The position numbers were made by a program, and so were the translations under genes. A stretch of 64,000 nucleotides of DNA from an uncultured Candidatus Saccharibacteria bacterium (lineage in GTDB: Bacteria; Patescibacteriota; Saccharimonadia; Saccharimonadales; Saccharimonadaceae). Shown piece by piece: positions 37,089 through 46,439 of the stretch; within the stretch, counting starts at the first letter, position 1; each line of letters begins with the position of its first letter. The stretch covers positions 66,144 to 130,143 of the forward strand of contig CAZNHZ010000002.1 in assembly GCA_964573015.1 (NCBI GenBank), written 5' to 3'. The notes under the pieces are model-generated. The model did no database searches. It saw nothing but the letters and a program-made list of their open reading frames with translations, and was not told where the DNA came from.

Positions 37089-37327
37089 TTAAAATCGGAA
37101 ATATTATATCTGTTCAGGGTTAGATTCTGCTTCAATAACCGAGATTGTTGAGTTTATAAATGCAATTCGAAGAGATTGTATAGCCTGTGCAAAAGTAAAT
37201 TTTTGCATAATGTGAGTTATCGCAGTGACAATCTGGGGCGGTAGAGGCATCAATTGTAACGATGATAAATATAATGAATACGAAACAAATATAGCGTATA
37301 CTACGTAAATGATTGAGATGATAAATC

Positions 37328-38614
37328 ATGACGACTAAGATTGTTATTTTTGGCATAACGGGCGATCTGTCCAGGCGGATGCTGTTGCCGGCGCTAAGAA
37401 AAATTGTAGATAAAAAAATAATTGGCAAAGTGCGGATAATCGGTGTGTCGCGGAGTGACATCGATATCAAAAAAATCGTCGGTCAGGAATTAGCCGCCGT
37501 AGCCAGCAGCTGCCGAGTAAATTTGGCGGAAATAAACGACTACAAGATATTGAAAAAGCAGCTGGCGCTCCAAGCCGATGAGCAACTTGTGGTGTATTTG
37601 GCCGTACCGCCTCTGGCGGCGACGCGGATTACAGAAAATATCGGTGCGGTCGGACTCAATACAAAAAATGTAAAAATATTATTTGAAAAACCGTTTGGTA
37701 TTGATTTGCAATCGGCGCGCGAGATGGTGGCCGATACCGGCAGGTTTTTTGCCGAGGAGCAGATTTATCGAATTGACCATTATCTGGCTAAAGAAATGGC
37801 CCAAAACATCGTCGCCTTTCGCAGCGGCAACGCCATACTCAGAAATGTCTGGAATCGACAATCGATAGAAAGCATCACCATTCTTGCTTTAGAAAATGTC
37901 GGTGTCGAGCACCGGGCGGATTTTTATGAGCAGGCCGGGGCGCTACGTGATGTCGTGCAGGGACATTTGATGCAGCTTTTGTCGCTGATCTTGATGGACA
38001 CGCCGTCGCGACTTGATTGGGATCAGTTGCCGTCACTGCGCCATCAGGCGATTGCCCGTCTGCTGCCGGCCGATCCGGCGCGGGCGTATCGTGCTCAGTA
38101 CGATGGCTATCAGACAGAGGTCGATAATCCGAAGAGTCGGATCGAAACGTTTGTGGCGGTGGAGCTTTTTAGCAATTCCGGTCACTGGGAAGGTGTGCCG
38201 CTGTGGCTGATAACCGGCAAAGCGCTTGACAAAAAAAGCACGGAGATCAAGATTAAGTTTCGGGCGGCGAACGATGAGCAGAGTAACTGTCTGCGATTTC
38301 AGATACAACCGGACGAAGGCATCGCGATTGATTTATATACAAAGAAGCCAGGATATGATCGGGAATTTGAGACGCAACAGCTAGCTTTTCGCTATCCTGA
38401 AGACACGATTTTGCCCAAGGCTTACGAACAAGTCATTGTTGATGCGGTGTTGTCGCGCAAAAGCTTGTTTACCGGCAGCGATGAAATAATCGACAGCTGG
38501 CGAGTGCTTCAGCCACTGCTGGATGCGTGGTATATGGACGACCGACCGCTCTATCAATACAAAAAAGGCAGTGAATATAGCGATGTTTTAGGCAATCAGT
38601 TTTTGTCACGATGA
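37328..38614 (+). CDS. zwf: Glucose-6-phosphate 1-dehydrogenase
   Basis: 428 aa. IFGITGDLSRRMLLPAL (NADP site) and the active-site signature RIDHYLAKE. Confidence 0.9.
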   Translation: MTTKIVIFGITGDLSRRMLLPALRKIVDKKIIGKVRIIGVSRSDIDIKKIVGQELAAVASSCRVNLAEINDYKILKKQLALQADEQLVVYLAVPPLAATRITENIGAVGLNTKNVKILFEKPFGIDLQSAREMVADTGRFFAEEQIYRIDHYLAKEMAQNIVAFRSGNAILRNVWNRQSIESITILALENVGVEHRADFYEQAGALRDVVQGHLMQLLSLILMDTPSRLDWDQLPSLRHQAIARLLPADPARAYRAQYDGYQTEVDNPKSRIETFVAVELFSNSGHWEGVPLWLITGKALDKKSTEIKIKFRAANDEQSNCLRFQIQPDEGIAIDLYTKKPGYDREFETQQLAFRYPEDTILPKAYEQVIVDAVLSRKSLFTGSDEIIDSWRVLQPLLDAWYMDDRPLYQYKKGSEYSDVLGNQFLSR

Positions 38615-38831
38615 TGTAACGCGTGGTGTATCGTACCTTTGCTATATTACACTACATGATACCGTGGTTATTGTTTGAGACTTGTTTGATACTGCTGATC
38701 ATTTCGGTGCGTCGTGATCTGCGGTCGTTTCTCAATGCGGTGCTGTTGTTTCTCGCCCTCGGATTTTTATTTTTAGCGGTGACGGTGACGGCCTATAGGA
38801 CGGTTTGGCATGATAGCATGTTGCTCATTCT

Positions 38832-39041
38832 CTATGTGCTGCTGCCGTTTTCGATCAGGGCACGGTCGACGATCGCTTTCATCTCGTCCAGTGAGATATC
38901 CGGCTGTTTGAACGCGCCGTTTTCGTAGCACAGCGAACACCATTTTTCACTTCGACGGCCGTCGGCTCCCGTCCCGCGGCAATCGCCAGCATTTTTTGTG
39001 CTGAGCGGCATGCCGCAGCTTTGACATTGTTTTGATCCCAT
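38832..39041 (-). CDS. Zinc-ribbon domain protein
   Basis: 69 aa. CQSCGMPL...(x)...CSLCYENGAFKQPDISLDEM is a four-Cys pattern typical of the putative zinc-ribbon family. Confidence 0.65.
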   Translation of the reverse strand: MGSKQCQSCGMPLSTKNAGDCRGTGADGRRSEKWCSLCYENGAFKQPDISLDEMKAIVDRALIENGSST

Positions 39042-39062
39042 ATGTCTCCTACCGCGTTTGGT

Positions 39063-39368
39063 TTAAATGATAGTACCTTGTTTTTTAAGAATACCACGTA
39101 CTGAGGGACTGATCACTTTGTCGGTGCGATGCGTGCAACCCAGCCAGCAACAAGGCCGACGTTCACCGTGAGCTAATTTGTCGACTGCAACCATGATCCG
39201 ACGTGTTCGTGTTTCGGGCTTTTTGGCGTCTTCGATCCAACAAATAAATTCATTACGGGCGAGCGGAGTGAGGCTTTGCCATGTTTCGGAAAGAGCAGCA
39301 TCGGCGATCAGGGTCTCACGTAAGTCGTGCGGTAAGGCATGAACTGTTCCGGACGGCAGCTTGTTCAT
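39063..39368 (-). CDS. YdeI/OmpD-associated family protein
   Basis: 101 aa. LTPLARNEFICWIEDAKKPETRTRRI resembles the YdeI/OmdA family. Confidence 0.65.
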   Translation of the reverse strand: MNKLPSGTVHALPHDLRETLIADAALSETWQSLTPLARNEFICWIEDAKKPETRTRRIMVAVDKLAHGERRPCCWLGCTHRTDKVISPSVRGILKKQGTII

Positions 39369-39416
39369 AAACCTATAATAACATTATCGATGCGAGGTCG
39401 ATAAAATGCCGGACGG

Positions 39417-40694
39417 TTACGATGTGTAAACTGGCTTATGTACCTTAATATCCGGTTCTAGCTCAGCGATGCGCAACAACTCGTTATATTTTGCGACACG
39501 ATCGGAGCGGGATAGTGAGCCGGTTTTTATCTGTCCGGCACCGGTACCGACAGCAAGGTGGGAGATAAATACATCTTCAGTTTCGCCGCTGCGATGAGAA
39601 ATAATCGTACCGAAACCGGCTTGCTTTGCTAGATTTATGGCTTCGATAGTTTCGGTTAGTGTACCAATTTGGTTGACTTTGATGAGGATGGCGTTGCCGG
39701 CTTTAAGGCTGATCGCTTTTTGAAGCCGCTCGACATTCGTGACCAGTAGATCATCACCAACAATTTGAATACCGGGCAGAGTGGCGGTGAGTTGTTGCCA
39801 ATTATCCCAATCATCTTCGCTTAAGCCATCTTCGATGGAAACCAGCGGATAATCATGAGTGAGCCGTTTGTACCACTCGATCATCTCAGATGAGGAGCGT
39901 GTAAGATGCTCGCGCTCCAGTCGATACCCTCCTTGCCCGTCGTATAATTCACTGGCGGCAACATCAAGTGCGAACATGACATCACTGCCCGGTGTATAGC
40001 CGGCGTTTGCAGCAGCGAGGCTGAGCAGGTCAAGCACTTCGTTGTTGTCGGTAACAGCGATAGCAAAACCGCCTTCGTCGCCTACTTGGGTCGATAGATG
40101 GTGGCTAGCTAAATGTTTTTGTAAAGCATGGAATATCTCGCTGCCCATGCGTATGACATCAGCCATTGATGCTGCGCCGACAGGGATAATCATACCCTCT
40201 TGAATATCGGCACCGCCGAGTGCATGTTTGCCGCCGTTGACGATATTCATCATTGGCATCGGTAGTGTCATCTCGGGCGCACCGGCTATATCATTGAGAT
40301 GACGAAAAAGAGGTACGCCACGCTCATTGGCTGCCGCTCGGGCACATGCCAGTGAAACAGCCAGGAGAGCATTGGCGCCGAGACGTGACTTGTTTTCGGT
40401 GCCATCGCTTTCACGCATCAGGTGATCTAATTTGAACTGATCATCGGCTCGGGTACCTTTGAGGATTGAGGCAATTTCCTCATTGACGGCGGTAACTGCT
40501 CGCAATACGGACATACCGTTATAAAGAGACGGGTCTTGATCGCGTAGTTCGTGGGCTTCATGTGTGCCGGTTGAAGCACCTGACGGGACAGCCGCTCGTC
40601 CCATTACCCCCGAAGCGAGTGTGACGTCGGCTTCGATAGTCGGATTGCCGCGGGAATCGAGGATTTGTCGAGCACGTATTGAAGTGATATCCAT
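39417..40694 (-). CDS. eno: Enolase
   Basis: MDITSIRARQILDSRGNPTIEADV..., SHRSGETED and LLRIAE. The start is taken at the ATG at 40694; the track ORF begins 18 nt upstream. Confidence 0.95.
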   Translation of the reverse strand: MDITSIRARQILDSRGNPTIEADVTLASGVMGRAAVPSGASTGTHEAHELRDQDPSLYNGMSVLRAVTAVNEEIASILKGTRADDQFKLDHLMRESDGTENKSRLGANALLAVSLACARAAANERGVPLFRHLNDIAGAPEMTLPMPMMNIVNGGKHALGGADIQEGMIIPVGAASMADVIRMGSEIFHALQKHLASHHLSTQVGDEGGFAIAVTDNNEVLDLLSLAAANAGYTPGSDVMFALDVAASELYDGQGGYRLEREHLTRSSSEMIEWYKRLTHDYPLVSIEDGLSEDDWDNWQQLTATLPGIQIVGDDLLVTNVERLQKAISLKAGNAILIKVNQIGTLTETIEAINLAKQAGFGTIISHRSGETEDVFISHLAVGTGAGQIKTGSLSRSDRVAKYNELLRIAELEPDIKVHKPVYTS

Positions 40695-40750
40695 ATAAAT
40701 ATATTTGCACATTGTTTATGTTTATTCTAGCTCTACCATGACGCTTATGC

Positions 40751-42427
40751 ATGTGCAATAATGAAGCCATGGCACTAATTTATTTTTATGATGCATCGGA
40801 ACTAGACAAGCAGCAAATCGCCGAGGGTATGCAGGCAACCGATCATCACTGGGAGTTTTTGGAAGAAGAAATCAGCCCAGACAATTTGCATCCTGATACC
40901 GAGGTAATATCAGTTTTTGTAACCAGTACGGTGACAGCGGAAATAATAGAAAAATTGCCGAAACTGCGGCTGATAGCCTGTCGCTCGACCGGTTTTAACA
41001 ACATCGATCTCGCCTCGGCGGATGCCCATGGCGTGACAGTAGTCAATGTACCTACCTATGGCGAGTCAACCGTAGCCGAATATACTTTTATGCTGCTGTT
41101 GGCACTTTTGCGTAAGTTACCGCAAAGCTTGAATTTTTTGAGCAAAGAAACCGAAGTCAGTGAGCTGATGGGCTGTGATTTGCACGACAAGACAATCGGT
41201 GTGATCGGCACTGGTCATATCGGACAGCGTGTAATCTCTATCGCCAAAGGTTTCGGCATGCGCGTGGTTGCCTATGATCCGTTTGCAAAGACCGAGCTGG
41301 CAAAATCGTTTGGATTTGAGTACGCTTCGCTTGAGGAATTGCTAAAAATGAGCGATATCGTTACCTTGCATGCGCCTTTGACACCTGACAATAAACATTT
41401 GATCTCGACAGAACAACTCGAAGCTATGAAACCTGGCGCCGTGCTTATAAATACGGCGCGCGGTGAGCTTGTAGACACCGAAGCATTGGCCGAGGCTCTC
41501 AACCAAAAAGTAATTGCTGGTGCGGCGCTTGATGTCCTGGAGGGCGAGCAGTTATTTGATGCTCATGAGGAAGTAGCGTTGCTGCGTCGTAATGCTTTGC
41601 CGGCCACGACCGCCGAGCAGAGTGTCGTACTGATGGCTCTCAATAAGTTACCAAATGTCATCCTAACACCGCACAATGCCTTTAACACCCAAGAAGCGAT
41701 TGGACGAATTAATCAAATCAGTTGTCAAAACATAATCCGGTTTTGGTATGGCGAGACGCCAAATAAAGTCAAGCCGCTTAGCAAATCGTATGGCAAGCTG
41801 ATATTGGCTCGACATGCCGAATCAGAGTGGAACGCCACCGGCAAATGGACCGGTATTACAGACGTACATTTGTCTGAAAAAGGTTTTCATGAGTCGGCTT
41901 TGCTTGGCTTGGCCCTGAAAGATACCGAGCTTACTGTCCAGCAGGCATATTGCTCCAATCAGGTCAGAACACTCGAGACCCTACAGGGTATCCTTAACAC
42001 CTCGCAGCAGCTTGATGTTCCGCTGTTGCGCAGCGAAGCACTCAACGAACGTGACTATGGAGAGTACACCGGTAAAAATAAATGGGATATGCAGAAATTG
42101 GTCGGTGACAAAGAATTTACAGCGATTCGTCGTGGCTGGAACCATCCGGTGCCGGGCGGCGAAACACTCAAAACGGTTTATCAACGAGTCGTACCTTTTT
42201 ATCAGCAAAGTATTTTGCCAAACCTGATCGAGGGCAAAAATGTTTTGGTGGTGGCTCACGGAAATAGCTTACGAGCGCTTATAAAATATTTAGAAAAAAT
42301 CTCCGATGCAGCTGTCGAGGATCTGGAAATGCCGTTTGGCAACATATTGATATATGATGTTGACAACAAAGGGCGGATGACAGCCAAACAAGAAGTGCGC
42401 ATAGATACACAACCGCCGAATGCCTGA
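40751..42427 (+). CDS. Fusion protein with an N-terminal D-isomer-specific 2-hydroxyacid dehydrogenase and a C-terminal 2,3-BPG-dependent phosphoglycerate mutase
   Basis: 558 aa. The N-terminal part has GVIGTGHIG, NTARG and TPHNAF. The C-terminal part, from ~aa 345, has LILARHAESEWN (the RHGxxxWN motif) and VVAHGNSLRAL. There is one uninterrupted frame across the junction (~41760-41790). Confidence 0.85.
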   Translation: MCNNEAMALIYFYDASELDKQQIAEGMQATDHHWEFLEEEISPDNLHPDTEVISVFVTSTVTAEIIEKLPKLRLIACRSTGFNNIDLASADAHGVTVVNVPTYGESTVAEYTFMLLLALLRKLPQSLNFLSKETEVSELMGCDLHDKTIGVIGTGHIGQRVISIAKGFGMRVVAYDPFAKTELAKSFGFEYASLEELLKMSDIVTLHAPLTPDNKHLISTEQLEAMKPGAVLINTARGELVDTEALAEALNQKVIAGAALDVLEGEQLFDAHEEVALLRRNALPATTAEQSVVLMALNKLPNVILTPHNAFNTQEAIGRINQISCQNIIRFWYGETPNKVKPLSKSYGKLILARHAESEWNATGKWTGITDVHLSEKGFHESALLGLALKDTELTVQQAYCSNQVRTLETLQGILNTSQQLDVPLLRSEALNERDYGEYTGKNKWDMQKLVGDKEFTAIRRGWNHPVPGGETLKTVYQRVVPFYQQSILPNLIEGKNVLVVAHGNSLRALIKYLEKISDAAVEDLEMPFGNILIYDVDNKGRMTAKQEVRIDTQPPNA

Positions 42428-42502
42428 TTTGATAATCATATACATAAGCGGTATCATAATAATAAAATGATATAGAATAAATCGTGAAAGGTGGGCGTTG
42501 GT

Positions 42503-44878
42503 ATGTACAAATACCTAAAATTTTTTGAGGAATTGTCGATAAACGATATTCCGCAAGTTGGCGGCAAAAACGCTTCTTTGGGAGAAATGTACCATCATCT
42601 ACGCCCGCAAGGTGTCAATTTGCCAAATGGCGTGGCGACGACGGCCGATGCCTATCGGCATTTTTTGCGCGATGCCGGGCTAAGTGATCAGATATCCCGG
42701 ACGCTAGAGGGTTTGGATGTCAACGATGTACGAGAACTTGCCAAGCGCGGATCGGCGATACGCGATATGATTGTAGCCGCCAAGCTACCGGACGATTTTG
42801 AGGATGAGATCAAGCGCGGCTATCGTGATTTATGCCAAAGATGCGGTCATGGTGACAATGATATGGTAGTGGCAATTCGATCGTCAGCAACGGCTGAGGA
42901 TTTGCCAAATGCTTCGTTTGCCGGTCAGCAAGCGACTTTTCTAAATATTTCCGGTGAGGCTGATGTACTAAGAGCAGTCAAAGAATGTATTGCCAGCCTG
43001 TTTACCGACCGAGCGATTGTATATCGTGTCACCAATGGTTTCGATCATATGAAAGTGGCACTTAGTGTCGGTATCCAACAAATGGTAGCGGTTCGCTCGG
43101 AGTGCGCGGGTGTGCTGTTTACAATCGATACCGAATCGGGCTTTAAAAATGCTGTGGTCGTCAGTTCGATTTACGGACTTGGCGAGAATATTGTCCAAGG
43201 ACATGTCAGTCCGGATGAGTTTATCGTCTTCAAACCGACTATGGCGATTCTCAAGCGCAAACTGGGTACTAAAAAAATGAAAATGATACCAACTGGCGCC
43301 AATCGTACCAAAAATATTGCCGTGGCAGTTCATGATCAGGAGCGTTTTTCGATTACCGACGATCAGGTTCGTACGCTGGCTGATTGGGGTATGAAGATCG
43401 AGCAGCACTATGGACACCCGATGGATATTGAGTGGGCGCTTGATGAAGATGACAAACAACTTTACATCGTCCAAGCTCGGGCCGAGACGGTGCAGTCGCG
43501 CCGCGATGAAAATCGTATCGAACAATACAAGCTCATCGAAGACGGTAAGGCAATTGTTCGCGGTACCAGTGTCGGCAGTAAAATCGGTCAAGGCAAAGCC
43601 AGCCGTATCATGAGCGTTAAAGATATCGATGACTTTAAAGCCGGTGATGTACTGGTGACTGAGATGACCGATCCTGACTGGGTGCCGATTATGAAAATCG
43701 CCAGCGCCATCGTGACCGACAAAGGCGGTCGCACCTGTCATGCGGCAATTGTATCGCGTGAACTTGGTATTCCGTGCGTGGTCGGAACCGGTAATGCTTC
43801 TGAGCTTATCAAAGACGGTCAAGATATTACGGTGAGTTGTGCCGGCGGTGGTGATGAAGGTACGGTATATGAAGGGATTGTCCAGTACGATATCGTGACA
43901 ACTGACGTCAAAGGTTTGGAGCGACCCAAGACAAAGATTATGATGAATATTGGCGAGCCGGAACGAGCCTTTGCCTACTCGCTTTTGCCAAATGACGGAG
44001 TCGGACTGGCTCGTGAAGAGTTGATTATCGATACACATATCAAGATTCATCCGCTGGCCTTGCTGCAGTTTGATCGTGTGAAAGATAAGTCGGTACGGGC
44101 GCGGATCAACGAGCTGACGAAAGGCTACGACGATAAGGCTCAGTATTTCATCGATAAACTTGCCGAAGGCATCAGCATAATCGGGGCGGCATTTTATCCA
44201 AATGATGTTATCATCCGGTTTAGTGATTTTCGTTCCAATGAATATGCTAACTTGATTGGTGGTAAGCAATTTGAGCCGGAAGAAGAACGCAACCCAATGA
44301 TAGGATGGCGTGGTGCTAGCCGTTACTATGATCCTAAATATCAAGCGGCATTTGAACTTGAGTGTCAAGCGCTCAAGAAATGCCGCGATGAGATGGGGCT
44401 TACGAATATCAAAGCTATGGTTCCGTTTTGTCGCAGCCTTGAGGAGGGTCGTAAGGTACTTGACATCATGAAAGCACAAGGGCTCAAGCGTGGTGAGAAC
44501 GGCTTTCAGGCTTATATGATGTGCGAGATACCGTCAAACGTTATATTGGCCGAGCAGTTTGCCGAATTGTTTGACGGATTTTCGATTGGCAGTAATGATT
44601 TGACGCAGTTAACGCTGGGCGTTGATCGGGATAATCATACTGTTGCTCATGTCTACGACGAAAATAACCAAGCGGTCAAAGCCATGATTCGTCAAGTCGT
44701 CACAATTGCCAAGAAAAAGCACGTCAAGGTCGGTATATGCGGCCAGGCACCGTCGGATTATCCGGAGTTTGCACGTTTCTTAGTAGAGATCGGTATCGAC
44801 AGTATCTCGCTTACTCCGGACACAGTGGTCAAGACAACTGTCGATGTAGTCAAAACTGAGAAAAAACTCGGACGCTAA
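42503..44878 (+). CDS. ppsA: Phosphoenolpyruvate synthase (pyruvate, water dikinase)
   Basis: About 791 aa. ATP-grasp N-terminus, phospho-His domain GGRTCHAAIVSRELGIPCVVG and a C-terminal PEP-utilising TIM barrel. The ATG at 42503 follows AAAGGTGG. Confidence 0.95.
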   Translation: MYKYLKFFEELSINDIPQVGGKNASLGEMYHHLRPQGVNLPNGVATTADAYRHFLRDAGLSDQISRTLEGLDVNDVRELAKRGSAIRDMIVAAKLPDDFEDEIKRGYRDLCQRCGHGDNDMVVAIRSSATAEDLPNASFAGQQATFLNISGEADVLRAVKECIASLFTDRAIVYRVTNGFDHMKVALSVGIQQMVAVRSECAGVLFTIDTESGFKNAVVVSSIYGLGENIVQGHVSPDEFIVFKPTMAILKRKLGTKKMKMIPTGANRTKNIAVAVHDQERFSITDDQVRTLADWGMKIEQHYGHPMDIEWALDEDDKQLYIVQARAETVQSRRDENRIEQYKLIEDGKAIVRGTSVGSKIGQGKASRIMSVKDIDDFKAGDVLVTEMTDPDWVPIMKIASAIVTDKGGRTCHAAIVSRELGIPCVVGTGNASELIKDGQDITVSCAGGGDEGTVYEGIVQYDIVTTDVKGLERPKTKIMMNIGEPERAFAYSLLPNDGVGLAREELIIDTHIKIHPLALLQFDRVKDKSVRARINELTKGYDDKAQYFIDKLAEGISIIGAAFYPNDVIIRFSDFRSNEYANLIGGKQFEPEEERNPMIGWRGASRYYDPKYQAAFELECQALKKCRDEMGLTNIKAMVPFCRSLEEGRKVLDIMKAQGLKRGENGFQAYMMCEIPSNVILAEQFAELFDGFSIGSNDLTQLTLGVDRDNHTVAHVYDENNQAVKAMIRQVVTIAKKKHVKVGICGQAPSDYPEFARFLVEIGIDSISLTPDTVVKTTVDVVKTEKKLGR

Positions 44879-44881
44879 TCT

Positions 44882-45142
44882 TTATAAATAGCGATGAGTG
44901 ACCTGGTCTTTGTTGATACCGTTTTCGATATCGGTAAATCCAAACTGCCGCAAAAACGGTATAGATGAGTTTGACCGCGCGCCGGAACGGCAATAGACAA
45001 CGAGCTTAGTGTCTCGAGGCAGCTCTTTGAGTGCTTTGGGTTCACCATGCATAAGAACTGTAGGCGGAATGTTTAGCGCGCCCTTAACATGTCCGGTGGC
45101 AAATTCGTAGGGCTCTCGTACATCAATAAAAACTGTTTTCAT
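44882..45142 (-). CDS. Single-domain rhodanese-like sulfurtransferase
   Basis: 86 aa with the active-site loop VVYCRSGARSN. Confidence 0.8.
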   Translation of the reverse strand: MKTVFIDVREPYEFATGHVKGALNIPPTVLMHGEPKALKELPRDTKLVVYCRSGARSNSSIPFLRQFGFTDIENGINKDQVTHRYL

Positions 45143-45300
45143 ATATATCCTTTAACTTCCAGTATAAACCATTAAGTTGTGACAGCGATTGTGCGCTGAT
45201 AAAAATGACTCATCGCGTAACAAAAAGTAATAATTAGATAGTTGCTGCTTATGCTAAAGTGTTGTATGCTACGGATATAACATAATACAAAGGAAAACTC

Positions 45301-45807
45301 ATGAGAAATAAGCTTCTTGTTGCGGCGGTTGTCTTAGTAGGACTTGCTTCGGTTGCCTACGCAGCATTCACGCAGACATTGACGATCTCCGGTACTGGTA
45401 CGGTGACCGGTGATTGGAGCGTTGAAATTACCAGTATAACCAGAACTGCCGGTACGGCCGGCGCGACTGATGCGGCATCTACTCCGTCACGAAGCGCAAC
45501 CACTGCAACGTTTGATGTTAGTTTTGCTACTCCCGGTGATTATGCGACGTATGATGTCGTTATAACCAACAAAGGCTCAATTCCGGCCAAGCTGACATCA
45601 TTGCCTGACTTGACAACAATTAACGTCGCTGAACCGGCTGATGTCAAATTTACTATTGTATCTGGTCCGGCACTTAACGATATCCTAAATAACAATGATA
45701 CCGCGACTGTAAAAGTCAAAGCTGAATGGCTGAGCTCAGCGGTCAGCAATCCGACTACGGTTTCAAAGACTGCCTCAATTGAATACGGATTTACGCAAAG
45801 CCCGTAG
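45301..45807 (+). CDS. Small secreted fibre-subunit candidate with SipW-cognate-type signal peptide (TasA/bundling-pilin-like)
   Basis: 168 aa. MRNKLLVAAVVLVGLASVAYAAFTQTLTISGTGT, followed by a Thr/Ser/Val-rich beta-type sequence. SD AAAGGAAA is present. Confidence 0.65.
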   Translation: MRNKLLVAAVVLVGLASVAYAAFTQTLTISGTGTVTGDWSVEITSITRTAGTAGATDAASTPSRSATTATFDVSFATPGDYATYDVVITNKGSIPAKLTSLPDLTTINVAEPADVKFTIVSGPALNDILNNNDTATVKVKAEWLSSAVSNPTTVSKTASIEYGFTQSP

Positions 45808-45923
45808 GTAAAACAGTATTTGTCGAGCGGGTACTCTGCTCTAGCGTCAGAGTACTGCTTGTGACGGCCGACCGATAAATGATATAATTTTTCTAGACAA
45901 TACTGTACAAACAGGAAAAAATT

Positions 45924-46421
45924 GTGAGAAATAAAATTATACCTCTGGCCATCATGTTAATTAGTGCGGCATCGGTTGCTTATGCATCGTTTGCGACTAA
46001 TCTTACGATCAGTGGTACCGGTACGGCAACCGGTAACTGGGCCGTAGAAATAATCAGTATCACCCCGACCTCGCAAACTGGCGCTACTGATCACGTCGGC
46101 ACACCATCATTTACGGCCACATCGGCTACGTTTAATGTCGATCTAGCTTACCCGGGTGCGACTTCATCATATCAGGTTGCCATCAAAAATAAGGGTAATA
46201 TCAATGCCAAGCTCAGTACGATTACCGATCTTACTACTGTAAATAACGCTACGCCGACGTATTTGACATATGTAGTAAGTGGCGTAGCAGTCAATGATAC
46301 ATTGGCACCAAATGCCACCGTTACCGCCACAGTGACGGTTAGCTGGGCAGCGAGCGCCAACACTAATCCCAGCGGCGCGTCAAAGTCGGCGACGATCTCG
46401 TTTAATTATATTCAAAATTAA
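45924..46421 (+). CDS. Paralogous small secreted fibre-subunit candidate (SipW-cognate-type signal peptide)
   Basis: 165 aa with a GTG start. MRNKIIPLAIMLISAASVAYASFATNLTISGTGT. It aligns along its length with the 168-aa protein (GNWAVEIISITPT / GDWSVEITSITRT; KNKGNINAKLSTITDLTT / TNKGSIPAKLTSLPDLTT). Confidence 0.65.
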   Translation: MRNKIIPLAIMLISAASVAYASFATNLTISGTGTATGNWAVEIISITPTSQTGATDHVGTPSFTATSATFNVDLAYPGATSSYQVAIKNKGNINAKLSTITDLTTVNNATPTYLTYVVSGVAVNDTLAPNATVTATVTVSWAASANTNPSGASKSATISFNYIQN

Positions 46422-46439
46422 TAAAAAGGGGTGGCGTAA

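Noticed and set aside
36812-37123. 77-aa (minus) and 82-aa (plus) ORFs in the hsp20-zwf spacer
   Set aside because: The two ORFs overlap each other and the strong hairpins and tRNA-like element. They have no SD, and their Arg/Trp/Ser-rich composition is odd. The region is more likely non-coding structured DNA/RNA.
37132-37470. 112-aa minus-strand ORF overlapping the zwf start
   Set aside because: It overlaps the conserved NADP-binding N-terminus of zwf on the other strand. It has no SD and no recognisable domain.
38623-38928. 101-aa + strand hydrophobic ORF after zwf
   Set aside because: It uses a GTG start without a clear SD, and its last ~97 nt overlap the better-supported zinc-ribbon gene on the opposite strand. 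It may be a real small membrane protein, but I cannot support it.
42968-44479. 503-aa antisense ORF inside ppsA
   Set aside because: The + strand encodes a full-length, motif-perfect PEP synthase. The antisense product is Arg/His/Phe/Ile-rich with no motifs. It is a typical shadow ORF.
45827-45858. Hairpin (ggtactctg-N9-cagagtact) between the two small pilin-like genes, considered as an attenuating terminator that would raise the stoichiometry of the first subunit
   Set aside because: The 9-bp stem has no following T-run, and a -10-like GATATAAT lies just downstream. The evidence is too weak to call a terminator. I mention it only as a possibility.
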